From positions 1 through 64,000 of the forward strand of contig JAEOTC010000111.1 of assembly GCA_016840035.1 (NCBI GenBank): a stretch of DNA of 64,000 bases, written 5' to 3'. The notes under the pieces are model-generated. The model had not been told where the DNA came from. It made no database searches and worked only from the letters and a program-made list of their open reading frames with translations. Source of the stretch: Candidatus Hodarchaeota archaeon. Its GTDB lineage: Archaea > Asgardarchaeota > Heimdallarchaeia > Hodarchaeales > Hodarchaeaceae. The position numbers and the translations under genes are program-made. Below are positions 20,807 through 30,385 of this stretch, piece after piece (the stretch's first letter is position 1; the number at the start of each line of letters is the position of its first letter).

Positions 20807-21590
20807 CTACTTGGACTTCTAAACCATAGGTTTCAAGTTGATTTTTAATTTTATTTAGTTCTTTATCGGAGGGAGTCGTTAATTGATGTGTAAATCGGTA
20901 GGATCTATTCAACCTAGGGTATTTTCCCTCGCCTAGTCGATTGTAGGGAAGAATATTCACATTTCTGATCGAATTTAGTGATGCCGAAATAAACTCACTG
21001 ATCTCTTTGATGTTACTTTCTGAGTCTGTGACACCTGGTATGATAGGAATTCGAATGATTACCGGAATTTTCCTTGAATCTAAGAATTTCAAATTTTCTA
21101 ATATTAATTTATTTGACACACCAGTGTATTCTAAGTGTTTTTCATCATCAATAAATTTTAAATCATATAAATGCAGATTAACTTTCCCTAGAATCTGTCT
21201 CATTATATTTAATGAACTATATCCGGTAGTATCAAGCGTAGTATGAATGTTTTCTTTATTACATTCTTCAAGAATGGATATCAAGAATTCTGATTGCATA
21301 AGTGGCTCTCCTCCCGAAATAGTTACTCCACCACCCGATTCATCAAAAAAAATTATGTCCCTCCTTACTTCTTCCATTAGTTCATTTAAACTGATTTCTC
21401 TACCTACGACTTCTGAAACCTCAGAATTGGGTTTAAGTATTAATTCTGGTTCTAGCTGTTGACTTTCTGGATTATGGCACCACCAGCAATTAAGTGGACA
21501 TCCTTTGAAGAATACAGTGGTGCGAATCCCTGGTCCATCATGTACAGCGAACCGTTTGATATCAAAAATCATTCCTGATTGAGGTATCAT
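20799..21590 (-). CDS. Glycyl-radical enzyme activating enzyme (radical SAM)
   Basis: HDGPGIRT, CPLNCWWCHNPES, SGGEP; overlaps the GRE start; no ferredoxin insert. Confidence 0.92.
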   Translation of the reverse strand: MIPQSGMIFDIKRFAVHDGPGIRTTVFFKGCPLNCWWCHNPESQQLEPELILKPNSEVSEVVGREISLNELMEEVRRDIIFFDESGGGVTISGGEPLMQSEFLISILEECNKENIHTTLDTTGYSSLNIMRQILGKVNLHLYDLKFIDDEKHLEYTGVSNKLILENLKFLDSRKIPVIIRIPIIPGVTDSESNIKEISEFISASLNSIRNVNILPYNRLGEGKYPRLNRSYRFTHQLTTPSDKELNKIKNQLETYGLEVQVGG

Positions 21591-21664
21591 TTCAAGTAAG
21601 GAAGATTCTTCTTCATTTAAATTGATTAATACTCCAATAATATATTCTTAAGACAAAGAACAGT

Positions 21665-22834
21665 TTACTTTCTTCTTTGTTTCCGATAGATGATACTTGT
21701 AACTGAAAATATGAGTATTAAACTGACTAGACTAAAACCCGGAGTTGAAGTCGTTGTTGTTTCCTCATCGGTAGTTGTCATCACATCGGATGTTGTTGTT
21801 GTTGGATCTACTGTGGTAGAAGATTCAGAAGTTGTTGTTAATCCTTCAATTGCAGCAGATACAGAATAATTATAGACATAACTCATGTTTGGAGTAATTA
21901 CACCAACATCATATCCCTCACTAGATACCTCAACTAAGCAGAGATGATTAGCATCTGTAAAGTAATAGTCTTCAGGGAGATATGTATCTAATATTGGTCC
22001 TGCAATCAATATGTTAGAAAAATCTGAAGTTCCACCTCCAGAAGTTGTATACCACGTTCCATTTCTGAATGTATTATAGAAGTTATGAGCATGTCCACTT
22101 ATAACTAAATCTACACCATATTGAACAAATAAGTCATGCCATGCATCTCGAGTATTTTGTGCAGCAGTAAGTCGATCGGGAGAGGGATTCAGATTCCAAA
22201 ATGGGGTGTGGGTCATCGCAATTATTCGACTAATATTATTTGTAGCTAAATCATTCTCTAACCATGCCTGCTGTTCCGCAGCTAAGGTTAGATTCTGAAA
22301 ATTATTGTATGCAGCATCAATGAAAAAATATGTGTTCAAAACAATGATATGTGTGTCATTCTGTGGAGTATTAAAACTGTAGTAGACTTCATTTCCAGGA
22401 TTATCGACATTTGCAACATATGTTTCTAAAGTTGCCTCCGTTTGAAATCCATAATCATATTCGTGATTTCCTACTGCGTAAAAGATCGGTATTTCGGCCG
22501 CAATAGAACCGAAGTTTGGCCACCAGTATGTATCCCATTGTGCCTGAACAGAACCATCCCATACTACATCTCCTGAATGTAAGATGAACTCAATATCATG
22601 TTCCTGCTTCAACGTATTAATCATAGTAGCCAGTGTTTCGCATCCTGTATTATCACTTTCTTCTGGTCTTGTATCACCAAGAAAAATAAATTTATAGTTG
22701 TCAAAGCTTGTGACTTCGTCTAGTGTTTGATCCGAAGAACCTGTAGACACTCCATTACATAATATTAATGTTAGGAAAATACCTAGAATGGTTCCTACCT
22801 TAATGTAAATCCTCTTCATGTGTTTGCGCTCCAA
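21665..22834 (-). CDS. Secreted calcineurin-like metallophosphoesterase with PGF-CTERM anchor
   Basis: GD, SGD, GNHE, GHAH; Thr-rich linker; TPGF-TM-RKQRRK. Confidence 0.88.
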   Translation of the reverse strand: MERKHMKRIYIKVGTILGIFLTLILCNGVSTGSSDQTLDEVTSFDNYKFIFLGDTRPEESDNTGCETLATMINTLKQEHDIEFILHSGDVVWDGSVQAQWDTYWWPNFGSIAAEIPIFYAVGNHEYDYGFQTEATLETYVANVDNPGNEVYYSFNTPQNDTHIIVLNTYFFIDAAYNNFQNLTLAAEQQAWLENDLATNNISRIIAMTHTPFWNLNPSPDRLTAAQNTRDAWHDLFVQYGVDLVISGHAHNFYNTFRNGTWYTTSGGGTSDFSNILIAGPILDTYLPEDYYFTDANHLCLVEVSSEGYDVGVITPNMSYVYNYSVSAAIEGLTTTSESSTTVDPTTTTSDVMTTTDEETTTTSTPGFSLVSLILIFSVTSIIYRKQRRK

Positions 22835-22897
22835 GAAATAACGACTGTGAGAATGTAACTCTATAAATACTTTTCGTCATTTGACTATACTTATGAC

Positions 22898-23773
22898 TCA
22901 TTCTACTTTCTTTTTCAATTCTGTTTCCCTTATTCGTTGCTTTAAGACTCTTGAGCTGACAAATAGAGTTAATATCGCTAATTCCAACGATATCCAAGAA
23001 GTCTTTGAAGCGGAAGTTTCCCCAGGAAATGAAGTTGAAGCCGTATAAAATTCTATTATACTAGAATGTGTATTAGGATCAATAGTTATTGTATAATTAT
23101 AATAGATGGGAAGAGCAACCTCGACATAAGGAGAATCGGAATATCGGCCGGTTCTTTCCCAATATCCTTGGTAGTCAACACTTGTAATCTCGATATCTGT
23201 AAGCCATTTGATCCATTTATAACCATAAAACCTTGGACACACTAATCTAATCGGATAGCCATGATCTGGTGGAAGGGGTACTCCATTCATTTCATATGCT
23301 AAGATTACATCATTCCAAAAAGCCTGTTCAATTGTTAAACTTGTTGAATACCCCTGAGAGGAGTGATCAGGAGTTCTAAAAATAACATCGACTGCTGTTT
23401 CGAATTTAAGTTCCACTAAATTTAAGATCTCACTTAAACGGACACCCGTCCAGTTCGCAACTCCAGTGTATGAACGAGCTCCAGATTCATAAGCAACACA
23501 GGTAAGTCTGACAATCTCAGAAGTAACAGGAAGGGCTTTTATCTCACTCAAATTCAAGGTTAATGGATTATAAACATTACCAATGACTTTTAATTTATAC
23601 GTTTCAGAATTCAAGTCAAAAAAGTCGATTGCAGTCTTAAAGAATTCGTCATTAGGAGTTATAGGTGAGTCTATGAAAATTTGAGCATTACCTTTAGGAA
23701 AAATCCCAAGAAAACCATATAAAACTAAAGCTACTAAAAAAACAGCTTTCCAATTTTTTGTAAAAGAAAGCAT
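22898..23773 (-). CDS. Molybdopterin-dependent oxidoreductase (sulfite oxidase/MsrP family) with signal peptide and C-terminal TM
   Basis: LTCV, WTGVRL, LAYEMNGVPLPPDHGYPIRL, YGYKWIKWL, GYWE. Confidence 0.88.
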   Translation of the reverse strand: MLSFTKNWKAVFLVALVLYGFLGIFPKGNAQIFIDSPITPNDEFFKTAIDFFDLNSETYKLKVIGNVYNPLTLNLSEIKALPVTSEIVRLTCVAYESGARSYTGVANWTGVRLSEILNLVELKFETAVDVIFRTPDHSSQGYSTSLTIEQAFWNDVILAYEMNGVPLPPDHGYPIRLVCPRFYGYKWIKWLTDIEITSVDYQGYWERTGRYSDSPYVEVALPIYYNYTITIDPNTHSSIIEFYTASTSFPGETSASKTSWISLELAILTLFVSSRVLKQRIRETELKKKVE

Positions 23774-23899
23774 GCTAGTAGGTCGGAAAGAGTATTTATT
23801 AAGTCTTTTCTCCTTAATAACGATAGTGAATAAAAAATAAACTAAATTTCTGTGGAATTATTGATTAAATTTGAGAAAAAAAGAAATGAGTGTATAAAC

Positions 23900-24040
23900 T
23901 TATTTTAAATACCCACTAGTAGTAAAATAAGGGACTAGATATCCCATTATGACTCCCCAAATCACATGACCTATTCCACCAATCATAGTGAGTAAATTGA
24001 GATTAAATAAAGGAGCACCTCCCATCATAGGTACCATCAC
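23900..24040 (-). pseudogene. 46-aa hydrophobic ORF, probably the C-terminal remnant of a membrane protein
   Basis: Manual translation (GTG start) MMVPMMGGAPLFNLNLLTMIGGIGHVIWGVIMGYLVPYFTTSGYLK; below the ORF-track cutoff. Confidence 0.4.
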
Positions 24041-24049
24041 CCTCTTCAA

Positions 24050-25255
24050 TCATTTCCGTTTCCTTTGGATCAAGATGAAAACTATCCCAAAGATTAGATA
24101 AAACGAAAATGATGTTGTTTCCTCTGATGTACTAGGTATGGAAGGGATAGAGGAAGAGGAAATTGACATACTCGCGGTTGTTGTTGTTGGATCCGAAGTT
24201 GTTGGATTTGAAGTTATCGGATCAGTTGATGTCGATGTACTACTGATTGATGAAGTTACGTTGAAGGAATCTCCTAAGGTGATAGATTTATCCGTTTCGT
24301 TGAATATAAAAACTTCTACACCCAAATTTAATTCTCCTGCATTTTCAGTGACTGTTACATTACAGTAGTGAAATTCAGAGAAGTAGACATCGGAATCTTG
24401 CCATTCAGATGTATCTCCATTTGTGTATAAGTCTGCACCTGCTCCACCAGTTGTTACATATGTAATACTATTGCGAACTGTCCGATAGTAATAATGATCA
24501 TGCCCAGAAAATACCAAATCAACGCCATAGTCAATAAAAATTGGATCAAGTACTGACCGTACTTCTTGGGCATCATCTACACGTCCCGGGTCACGAACAG
24601 AGTAACACGGACGGTGGAAAACAGCTACAACGAATTCAAGTGTATTATTCTCGAGATCGTTAATTAACCAATTATATTGGTCGGTTGTAATATCAAATTG
24701 CCCAGTCCAATTTTCCTCAGTGTTAATAAAAACGAAATGTATTTGATTCATATAATCAAAGCTATAATACCGCTCATTTCCAGGCAGTTCTACGTTAGCT
24801 AGATATGTGGAAAAATCTTCGTCAGGAGGACCCCAGTTACTTGGGCCTAAAGCATAGGTATATCTTTCATGATTTCCTATTGCGTAGTAAAAAGTTACAT
24901 TCTCTTTCGTTGCGTTTTCGATATCTTCAAAATACCGATCCCAATCATCTTGTTCTCCACCAGAGTTCACTAAATCCCCAGAATGGACTATGAATTCTAA
25001 ATTTGGATTATTTTCTACTATAGAGGTAATAATGGCTGCTCTTGTAGGATTGCTACTATTCTCATGTGGATAGTTCATATTATCATAATCCCAAGGTTCA
25101 TGCTGTTGACGACTGTCACCTATTGCAATGAAGTACCAAGAGTTTGAAGATGTACTTGAAGCAATATTTTCAATTGATCTCTCACCTATCACAATTAGAA
25201 CCGAAAAAGTCATTAGTAGAATAAGTACGATGAAAATAGATTTATTTTTTGCCAT
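24050..25255 (-). CDS. Secreted calcineurin-like metallophosphoesterase with C-terminal anchor (paralog of 21665-22834)
   Basis: GDS, SGD, GNHE, GHDH; Ser/Thr-rich linker; TSF-TM-RKRK. Confidence 0.88.
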   Translation of the reverse strand: MAKNKSIFIVLILLMTFSVLIVIGERSIENIASSTSSNSWYFIAIGDSRQQHEPWDYDNMNYPHENSSNPTRAAIITSIVENNPNLEFIVHSGDLVNSGGEQDDWDRYFEDIENATKENVTFYYAIGNHERYTYALGPSNWGPPDEDFSTYLANVELPGNERYYSFDYMNQIHFVFINTEENWTGQFDITTDQYNWLINDLENNTLEFVVAVFHRPCYSVRDPGRVDDAQEVRSVLDPIFIDYGVDLVFSGHDHYYYRTVRNSITYVTTGGAGADLYTNGDTSEWQDSDVYFSEFHYCNVTVTENAGELNLGVEVFIFNETDKSITLGDSFNVTSSISSTSTSTDPITSNPTTSDPTTTTASMSISSSSIPSIPSTSEETTSFSFYLIFGIVFILIQRKRK

Positions 25256-25294
25256 TTATATCATCCTTGTCTATTTATCTATAAAGGTAAACGA

Positions 25295-26713
25295 TTATTC
25301 ACGACCACCCTTTTGAGCAAATGAAATCGCATCCTGAAGATACGCCAATACTTCCCTCTCTGATGGAGTTGCTTCTACACCCATAGTTGAAACAATATAG
25401 CGTCGAATTTCCGCCTCCGTTGGAGGGGATCTTACAATCATTTTTGTGAGATCTTGCATAAAACCATTTGAAACATCTGTCATTACTTTGGCCATCTGTT
25501 TAATAGATTGGGCTTTCATTTCAGCTTCACCCATGTCTGATAGAAATTGGACTCCCGCTTCTCTTAAACGCCGTGAAAGAGCCTCTCGAGAACCTAAAAA
25601 CTGAGATATGTTCGCTAGTGACCATGTCAAGATCGAGAATGCTACCAAATAACCAACAAGAATACCCATACCTGTCCAACGACTTGGGCCTACAATGTTA
25701 AAAGTTGAAAGTCCTAGAGTCCCTATTGCTGCTAAATATAGATTTTTCTGCAAAAACTTCGAATCCACATTCCTAGCAAATTTCATGAAGTTAAATGAAA
25801 TTGGGGCGTATGCAGCTAAAAGAAAAAGATTCCCCACAAATGTTACAATCGAATTCGCAATCCCAGCCTCCGCACTAACATTTAATATATTGGTAAAGAA
25901 CCATAAGAATAAAAAGAAGAATGGAAGGAAAAGTCTTTTTTGAGATCTTGACGCTTTTGCTTGATAGGGGACTCGCATACTTGATCCTGCAGCTGTTAAA
26001 TAATATATATAAACAATTAAAACAACTGTTGCTACTAAAAAGAGAACCATAAATATCATTTCTAAGTTTTCAGGTATCTCAGGTGGTGTTTGACCAAAAT
26101 GCTCATAATCGGTCCAGTAAAATATATATTGTAATGTGATCGTAATCAATTGGACCACAAACAAAATTATTATCGCTACTCCTACAATATAAAAAGATTT
26201 TACAAACTGGGCTTTGGAGAAATTGGCCCAAATTTTAAATTGTCTAGTCCAGACAGCAGCTGTGATGATACAACCACTTAATGCAAAGATATGATGGAAG
26301 AGTCTCATTACATGAGTTGCAAAAATCAATAATGTAGCTTGGTCTTCATTTGGGTCAATTGTGAGATACTCCGCTCCTAAAACTCCAGAAGAGAGGAAAA
26401 TCTCACTCAAATATGTACATAAACTTAGAATTCCAGCAGAGAACATAAATAAGACAGAAATCATTAGAGCGGTCCGATAACGCGTTTGAACCTTAGATTC
26501 TTCTCTGAGCATAATCCTTGATAATCTATAGGCTAGTATTAATATGAAGAGAGTTAATAATAATACAGAGGCCAATACTAGGACTGGAATTTCAGAAAAA
26601 TTCGATGGATTTGCAAGAAAAGTTGTTATTAATAGATCAACCCAAGTTAAAATCAAAACTATTATGAGAAGTGTGTCTACATCTGAAAGTGATCGTCTAG
26701 ACAATTTCGCCAA
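25295..26713 (-). CDS. Polytopic membrane protein with a helical C-terminal tail
   Basis: About 10-11 hydrophobic segments followed by about 100 soluble residues. Confidence 0.65.
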   Translation of the reverse strand: MAKLSRRSLSDVDTLLIIVLILTWVDLLITTFLANPSNFSEIPVLVLASVLLLTLFILILAYRLSRIMLREESKVQTRYRTALMISVLFMFSAGILSLCTYLSEIFLSSGVLGAEYLTIDPNEDQATLLIFATHVMRLFHHIFALSGCIITAAVWTRQFKIWANFSKAQFVKSFYIVGVAIIILFVVQLITITLQYIFYWTDYEHFGQTPPEIPENLEMIFMVLFLVATVVLIVYIYYLTAAGSSMRVPYQAKASRSQKRLFLPFFFLFLWFFTNILNVSAEAGIANSIVTFVGNLFLLAAYAPISFNFMKFARNVDSKFLQKNLYLAAIGTLGLSTFNIVGPSRWTGMGILVGYLVAFSILTWSLANISQFLGSREALSRRLREAGVQFLSDMGEAEMKAQSIKQMAKVMTDVSNGFMQDLTKMIVRSPPTEAEIRRYIVSTMGVEATPSEREVLAYLQDAISFAQKGGRE

Positions 26714-26762
26714 TATCCTTTTTGATGAGAACCTTAGTCTTTCCAGGAATTAATTCAGGATT

Positions 26763-27053
26763 TTACCAATCAAACCAAAAGGAAGTTTCTTGTTTAGGAG
26801 CATAGAGAAGGAAATGCTGATCTTCAGGAATAGCCCCATCCACAACAAGCCATCCTTGTGGTATAAATTCTTCGAAAAAAACTCTTAGCTTTTTTTCTCT
26901 CTCTAAAGATCCCTCATCCTCGTGTAGAGCATCTCGAAGTATATCATGAGCAGCCCATCTGTTGCCTTGCTGTGCAGATCCGATTTCAATTAAAACATCA
27001 AGACGATCTCGTCTCGTTTTGTATTTTGTTGGTTTAAACTTGATTTTTTTCAT
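26763..27053 (-). CDS. Small hypothetical protein, possibly winged-helix
   Basis: 96 aa; GAGGGG RBS-like sequence upstream; FEEFIPQGWLV resembles a wHTH helix-to-wing junction. Confidence 0.5.
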   Translation of the reverse strand: MKKIKFKPTKYKTRRDRLDVLIEIGSAQQGNRWAAHDILRDALHEDEGSLEREKKLRVFFEEFIPQGWLVVDGAIPEDQHFLLYAPKQETSFWFDW

Positions 27054-27119
27054 AATTTTCTACCCCTCTAAAGGATAATTAAGAGGATAGCTCTGATTAC
27101 GGACAGTAGAATCTTATAA

Positions 27120-28202
27120 ATGTTTGGAACATCTGTCGAAAGAAGCTATAGTTCTGGGGATCAAAGGATGCTTTACATGAACATAGGAAATAGAACAAGA
27201 AATGTGAAAGAACTAACAAAAAAACTAGTTAAAGAGAGATTATATGATTTAAATTATGGTTCTGACGTTCTTCACGCTTTTAATGCTACTAGTAAACCAC
27301 ATTCGGCATCAGAACCCATTTCTTTAGGAATAGCTCTCATGGATATCGCCTGGCAGGTTTCTGGAAATATTCCTTCAGAAAAAGAACTTGGTGAAGCGTT
27401 CTTCCCTATTCACTGCTTCTTTCTGGGAACTGCTTATCAAGATGATCTTCTAGATTCTTTAGATACTGAAATCCCAAGACCTCTTGTGGAAACACTAGGA
27501 AAATCCACTTGTATGATAATGGGGAATATTTTATACTGTGAAGCTTTACTCTCGTTGCACTTGCTAAGCAAAGATCATTTGACTCAGGTAAAGCTTCTTG
27601 ATTGTGGAGAAAAGTTAGTTCGAGACATAATGGAATCTGAAATAACTCGAAGAAATCATATTGGAAAAATATTACCTTCAACAGAATTTTTTCGGATGTG
27701 GCGTCGTTTAACTCCGAATGGTTTATGTGCAACAATTGGAGGGATCCTAGGAGACTCATCAGAAGAGGAAATTGGTTTATTGGTAGAAATTGGATTAAAT
27801 TTTTCTCTAATGGGAAGAATTCTTAAGGAAATCAGTGAAGTATACGGTTTGAAGGGAGATATTGCGGATAAATTCAAAAATAAACCACCTCAACTTCCCA
27901 TCACCCTCGCTTTTGAAGCTGCTAATGCTTTCGAACGAAGAAAAATCATAGATGCTATACAAATGTTAGCTAAACATCAAAGAGAGGATATAATTAATGA
28001 AAATAACAAAGATTTAGACATTTTAATTGATTATATTTCTAAATACGACTCACTTTCACATTGTTTGAAGATTTTACACGAAATCCTTAAAGAAACGAGA
28101 GATTTGATTAGGCAGCTTTCAGATTTGAACCATAGAGATCTGTTAACAAAGATATTAGATTCGAAACTCCCTCCAACAGCGTTTTCAGTAAAAAATCAAT
28201 AA
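27120..28202 (+). CDS. Polyprenyl synthetase-fold protein with degenerate catalytic motifs
   Basis: QDDLLD first Asp-rich motif, GNILY; second motif position reads ILKEISEVYG; QLPITLA. Confidence 0.7.
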   Translation: MFGTSVERSYSSGDQRMLYMNIGNRTRNVKELTKKLVKERLYDLNYGSDVLHAFNATSKPHSASEPISLGIALMDIAWQVSGNIPSEKELGEAFFPIHCFFLGTAYQDDLLDSLDTEIPRPLVETLGKSTCMIMGNILYCEALLSLHLLSKDHLTQVKLLDCGEKLVRDIMESEITRRNHIGKILPSTEFFRMWRRLTPNGLCATIGGILGDSSEEEIGLLVEIGLNFSLMGRILKEISEVYGLKGDIADKFKNKPPQLPITLAFEAANAFERRKIIDAIQMLAKHQREDIINENNKDLDILIDYISKYDSLSHCLKILHEILKETRDLIRQLSDLNHRDLLTKILDSKLPPTAFSVKNQ

Positions 28203-28326
28203 TCTAGTTTCATCACATATTCCCCCTGGTTTTCTGAATTAACCCTTTTCTTGACGAAACATCTTTCTTATCACTACCCATCCCAAAACATAGTTCTTAA
28301 GATTGAGATTTTTTTATTACAAGTTC

Positions 28327-28776
28327 ATGGCAGAAATTAAAGAAATTATTGAGTTTGCTATTAAAAAAGAGATAGAAGCATATGATTTGTACTCAGGTAT
28401 TGCAGAATCATCAAATAATCCTGCAGTTAAACAACTGCTTAGTGAGATAGCTAATGATGAACTTGGCCATAAAGAAGCTTTAGAAAATCTTTCGAGGGCA
28501 GACAAGATACTTAATTTCGATATTGATAAAGTCCAAGATCTTAAACTATCTGATCACCTGCAAGCGACAACTATTGATGAAGATTCCGATTTACAAGAGA
28601 CCCTCGTTTTTGCTATGAAAGAAGAAAAAGGGGCTTATGAATTGTACACTCGAATGGCTAAAGCAGCTGAGACTAAGGAGAATGAAACAGTATTTCAGAA
28701 ACTTGCTCAGATGGAATTGATTCACAAAAATAAACTTGAGTCTCTCTATGATGATATGTTCTACGCTGACAATTAA
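28327..28776 (+). CDS. Ferritin-like/rubrerythrin-family protein
   Basis: Duplicated FAIKKE...DELGH and FAMKEE...MELIH diiron motifs. Confidence 0.88.
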   Translation: MAEIKEIIEFAIKKEIEAYDLYSGIAESSNNPAVKQLLSEIANDELGHKEALENLSRADKILNFDIDKVQDLKLSDHLQATTIDEDSDLQETLVFAMKEEKGAYELYTRMAKAAETKENETVFQKLAQMELIHKNKLESLYDDMFYADN

Positions 28777-28810
28777 CTCTACATACGTCGAAAAATTGCA
28801 ATGGTTTCTT

Positions 28811-29419
28811 CTATCTTTCTATAAACTGCCTAAAGCTATCTAAAGCTACAAATTTATCCCAAAATCTAACTAATAATTCAGCGGATCCGAAAGGTTTTAG
28901 ATAGACATTTTCAGGTATCTCTCTATTTTCTTGAGAGATGATGAGAGCACCTGAACTAATGAGTGATGTTAGCATTCCACCTGGTATTAATGGTTGTGGA
29001 AGAATTACTATTCCTGGGACTTCCATATGTGGGAAAGGATTGGTTTCAATTATACCCAAATATACACATACTGATAACTGTAGATCATCTGAATTATAGA
29101 TCAGGAAAGGTGAAATCTCTTCGTGGAGATGATAGATCTGGGGTTTAGGGTCTTCCAGTTCACAAACCATTGTTTGTGTAGAAGTAATAAGGATACATTC
29201 ACATCCTAATTCCTCTAAAACCTCTCTTTTAGTCGCCTCAGTAATTCCTTCATTAATTTCTACATGACCACCCGTATTAGTGTATGTAATCTCCCAAAAA
29301 TCCCCAATTTTCTTCCAATACCTTTCATTTCCTAGAACAAAGAGAAAATCTTCGTTCCATCGAAGTAACACTCCCGTACCCCATGTTTCATATGATAAAA
29401 GATCTTTTATATTCACCAA
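28811..29419 (-). CDS. NUDIX hydrolase
   Basis: GGHVEINEGITEATKREVLEELG Nudix box. Confidence 0.85.
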   Translation of the reverse strand: MVNIKDLLSYETWGTGVLLRWNEDFLFVLGNERYWKKIGDFWEITYTNTGGHVEINEGITEATKREVLEELGCECILITSTQTMVCELEDPKPQIYHLHEEISPFLIYNSDDLQLSVCVYLGIIETNPFPHMEVPGIVILPQPLIPGGMLTSLISSGALIISQENREIPENVYLKPFGSAELLVRFWDKFVALDSFRQFIER

Positions 29420-29511
29420 TCAGCACCTAGACAACGCTTGTTCATAAAAGTATTATCCTCATCACTCTTAGGAGTGAAACATTTAAAGATTCTATTGGTA
29501 AGGCCCCCCTT

Positions 29512-30327
29512 ATGGTTTCTGCAGAGACATATTACTTCATTTTAGGATCCCTTATTCTTCTTCGTCTCCTCGGATTTGTCATTTTTTTTGATTTTTACCG
29601 TAAAAATAAGGAATTAAGGTTTTTCCACTTATCGCTGGCAACTCTATTTTATGCCTTAAGTCCAATCATCGATTTATTTATTCAAGATATTAGCGGAACG
29701 TCAACTTATGATTTCCTATATTTCATAAGCGAATTAACAACAGTTTTTGCACTGATTCTCTTTATCTATGTATTCATTCAATACACCTCAACAGATAATT
29801 CCTATAGATTATGGTTTGCTCTATCAATTATTCTTATAATGCTTGTTCTCACCTACCCAGTTATTGGATTTGAATTAAGCATCTTTCTGGTACATATTCT
29901 GAATTTATTCTTAATCCTAATAACCATCGCGCATATTATCCGAAAATGGGGAGTTTTAGCCCAAATTGCTGATAATAGTGCCTACTTCTTCTTCCTTTCT
30001 GCAATCATTATAGTGATAAATCTAAGTGTTTCATTCATTGCAGAAAGTCCTGAAACTGAATTTCTCCAGTATACAGCCAATGTAGCCATTTCTCTTCTTG
30101 CCATTTTTATCTTCGTTCATCTCGAGTACAATCGTTTATCCATTCAGAAATACCTCCTAAAAGATGATTACTCTCATGCAGTCGCTCAGATATTACAATC
30201 CCTGATAGGCAGACTTGAAACCTCACAACGACAGGAAAATAACGAAGCAGCAAAAACACTTATTGAAGAAGCAATTGAGGATTGCTTACGTGTTGGAGAT
30301 CAACTAGCAAAAATCAGAAAAATATAA
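29512..30327 (+). CDS. 7TM membrane sensor with a C-terminal HisKA-like helical hairpin and no ATPase domain
   Basis: Seven hydrophobic segments, then DDYSHAVAQILQSLIG (H-box-like); stop about 50 aa later. Confidence 0.6.
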   Translation: MVSAETYYFILGSLILLRLLGFVIFFDFYRKNKELRFFHLSLATLFYALSPIIDLFIQDISGTSTYDFLYFISELTTVFALILFIYVFIQYTSTDNSYRLWFALSIILIMLVLTYPVIGFELSIFLVHILNLFLILITIAHIIRKWGVLAQIADNSAYFFFLSAIIIVINLSVSFIAESPETEFLQYTANVAISLLAIFIFVHLEYNRLSIQKYLLKDDYSHAVAQILQSLIGRLETSQRQENNEAAKTLIEEAIEDCLRVGDQLAKIRKI

Positions 30328-30385
30328 GGAAGCACTCCTCTAATTGAGTAAATATATCTTATTCATTAAGGAAACTGTGACTTAA

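Noticed and set aside
23900-25255. Selenocysteine or other read-through of the TGA at 24050
   Set aside because: The upstream protein ends in a complete TM plus RKRK anchor and there is no redox context; in-frame placement has a 1-in-3 chance
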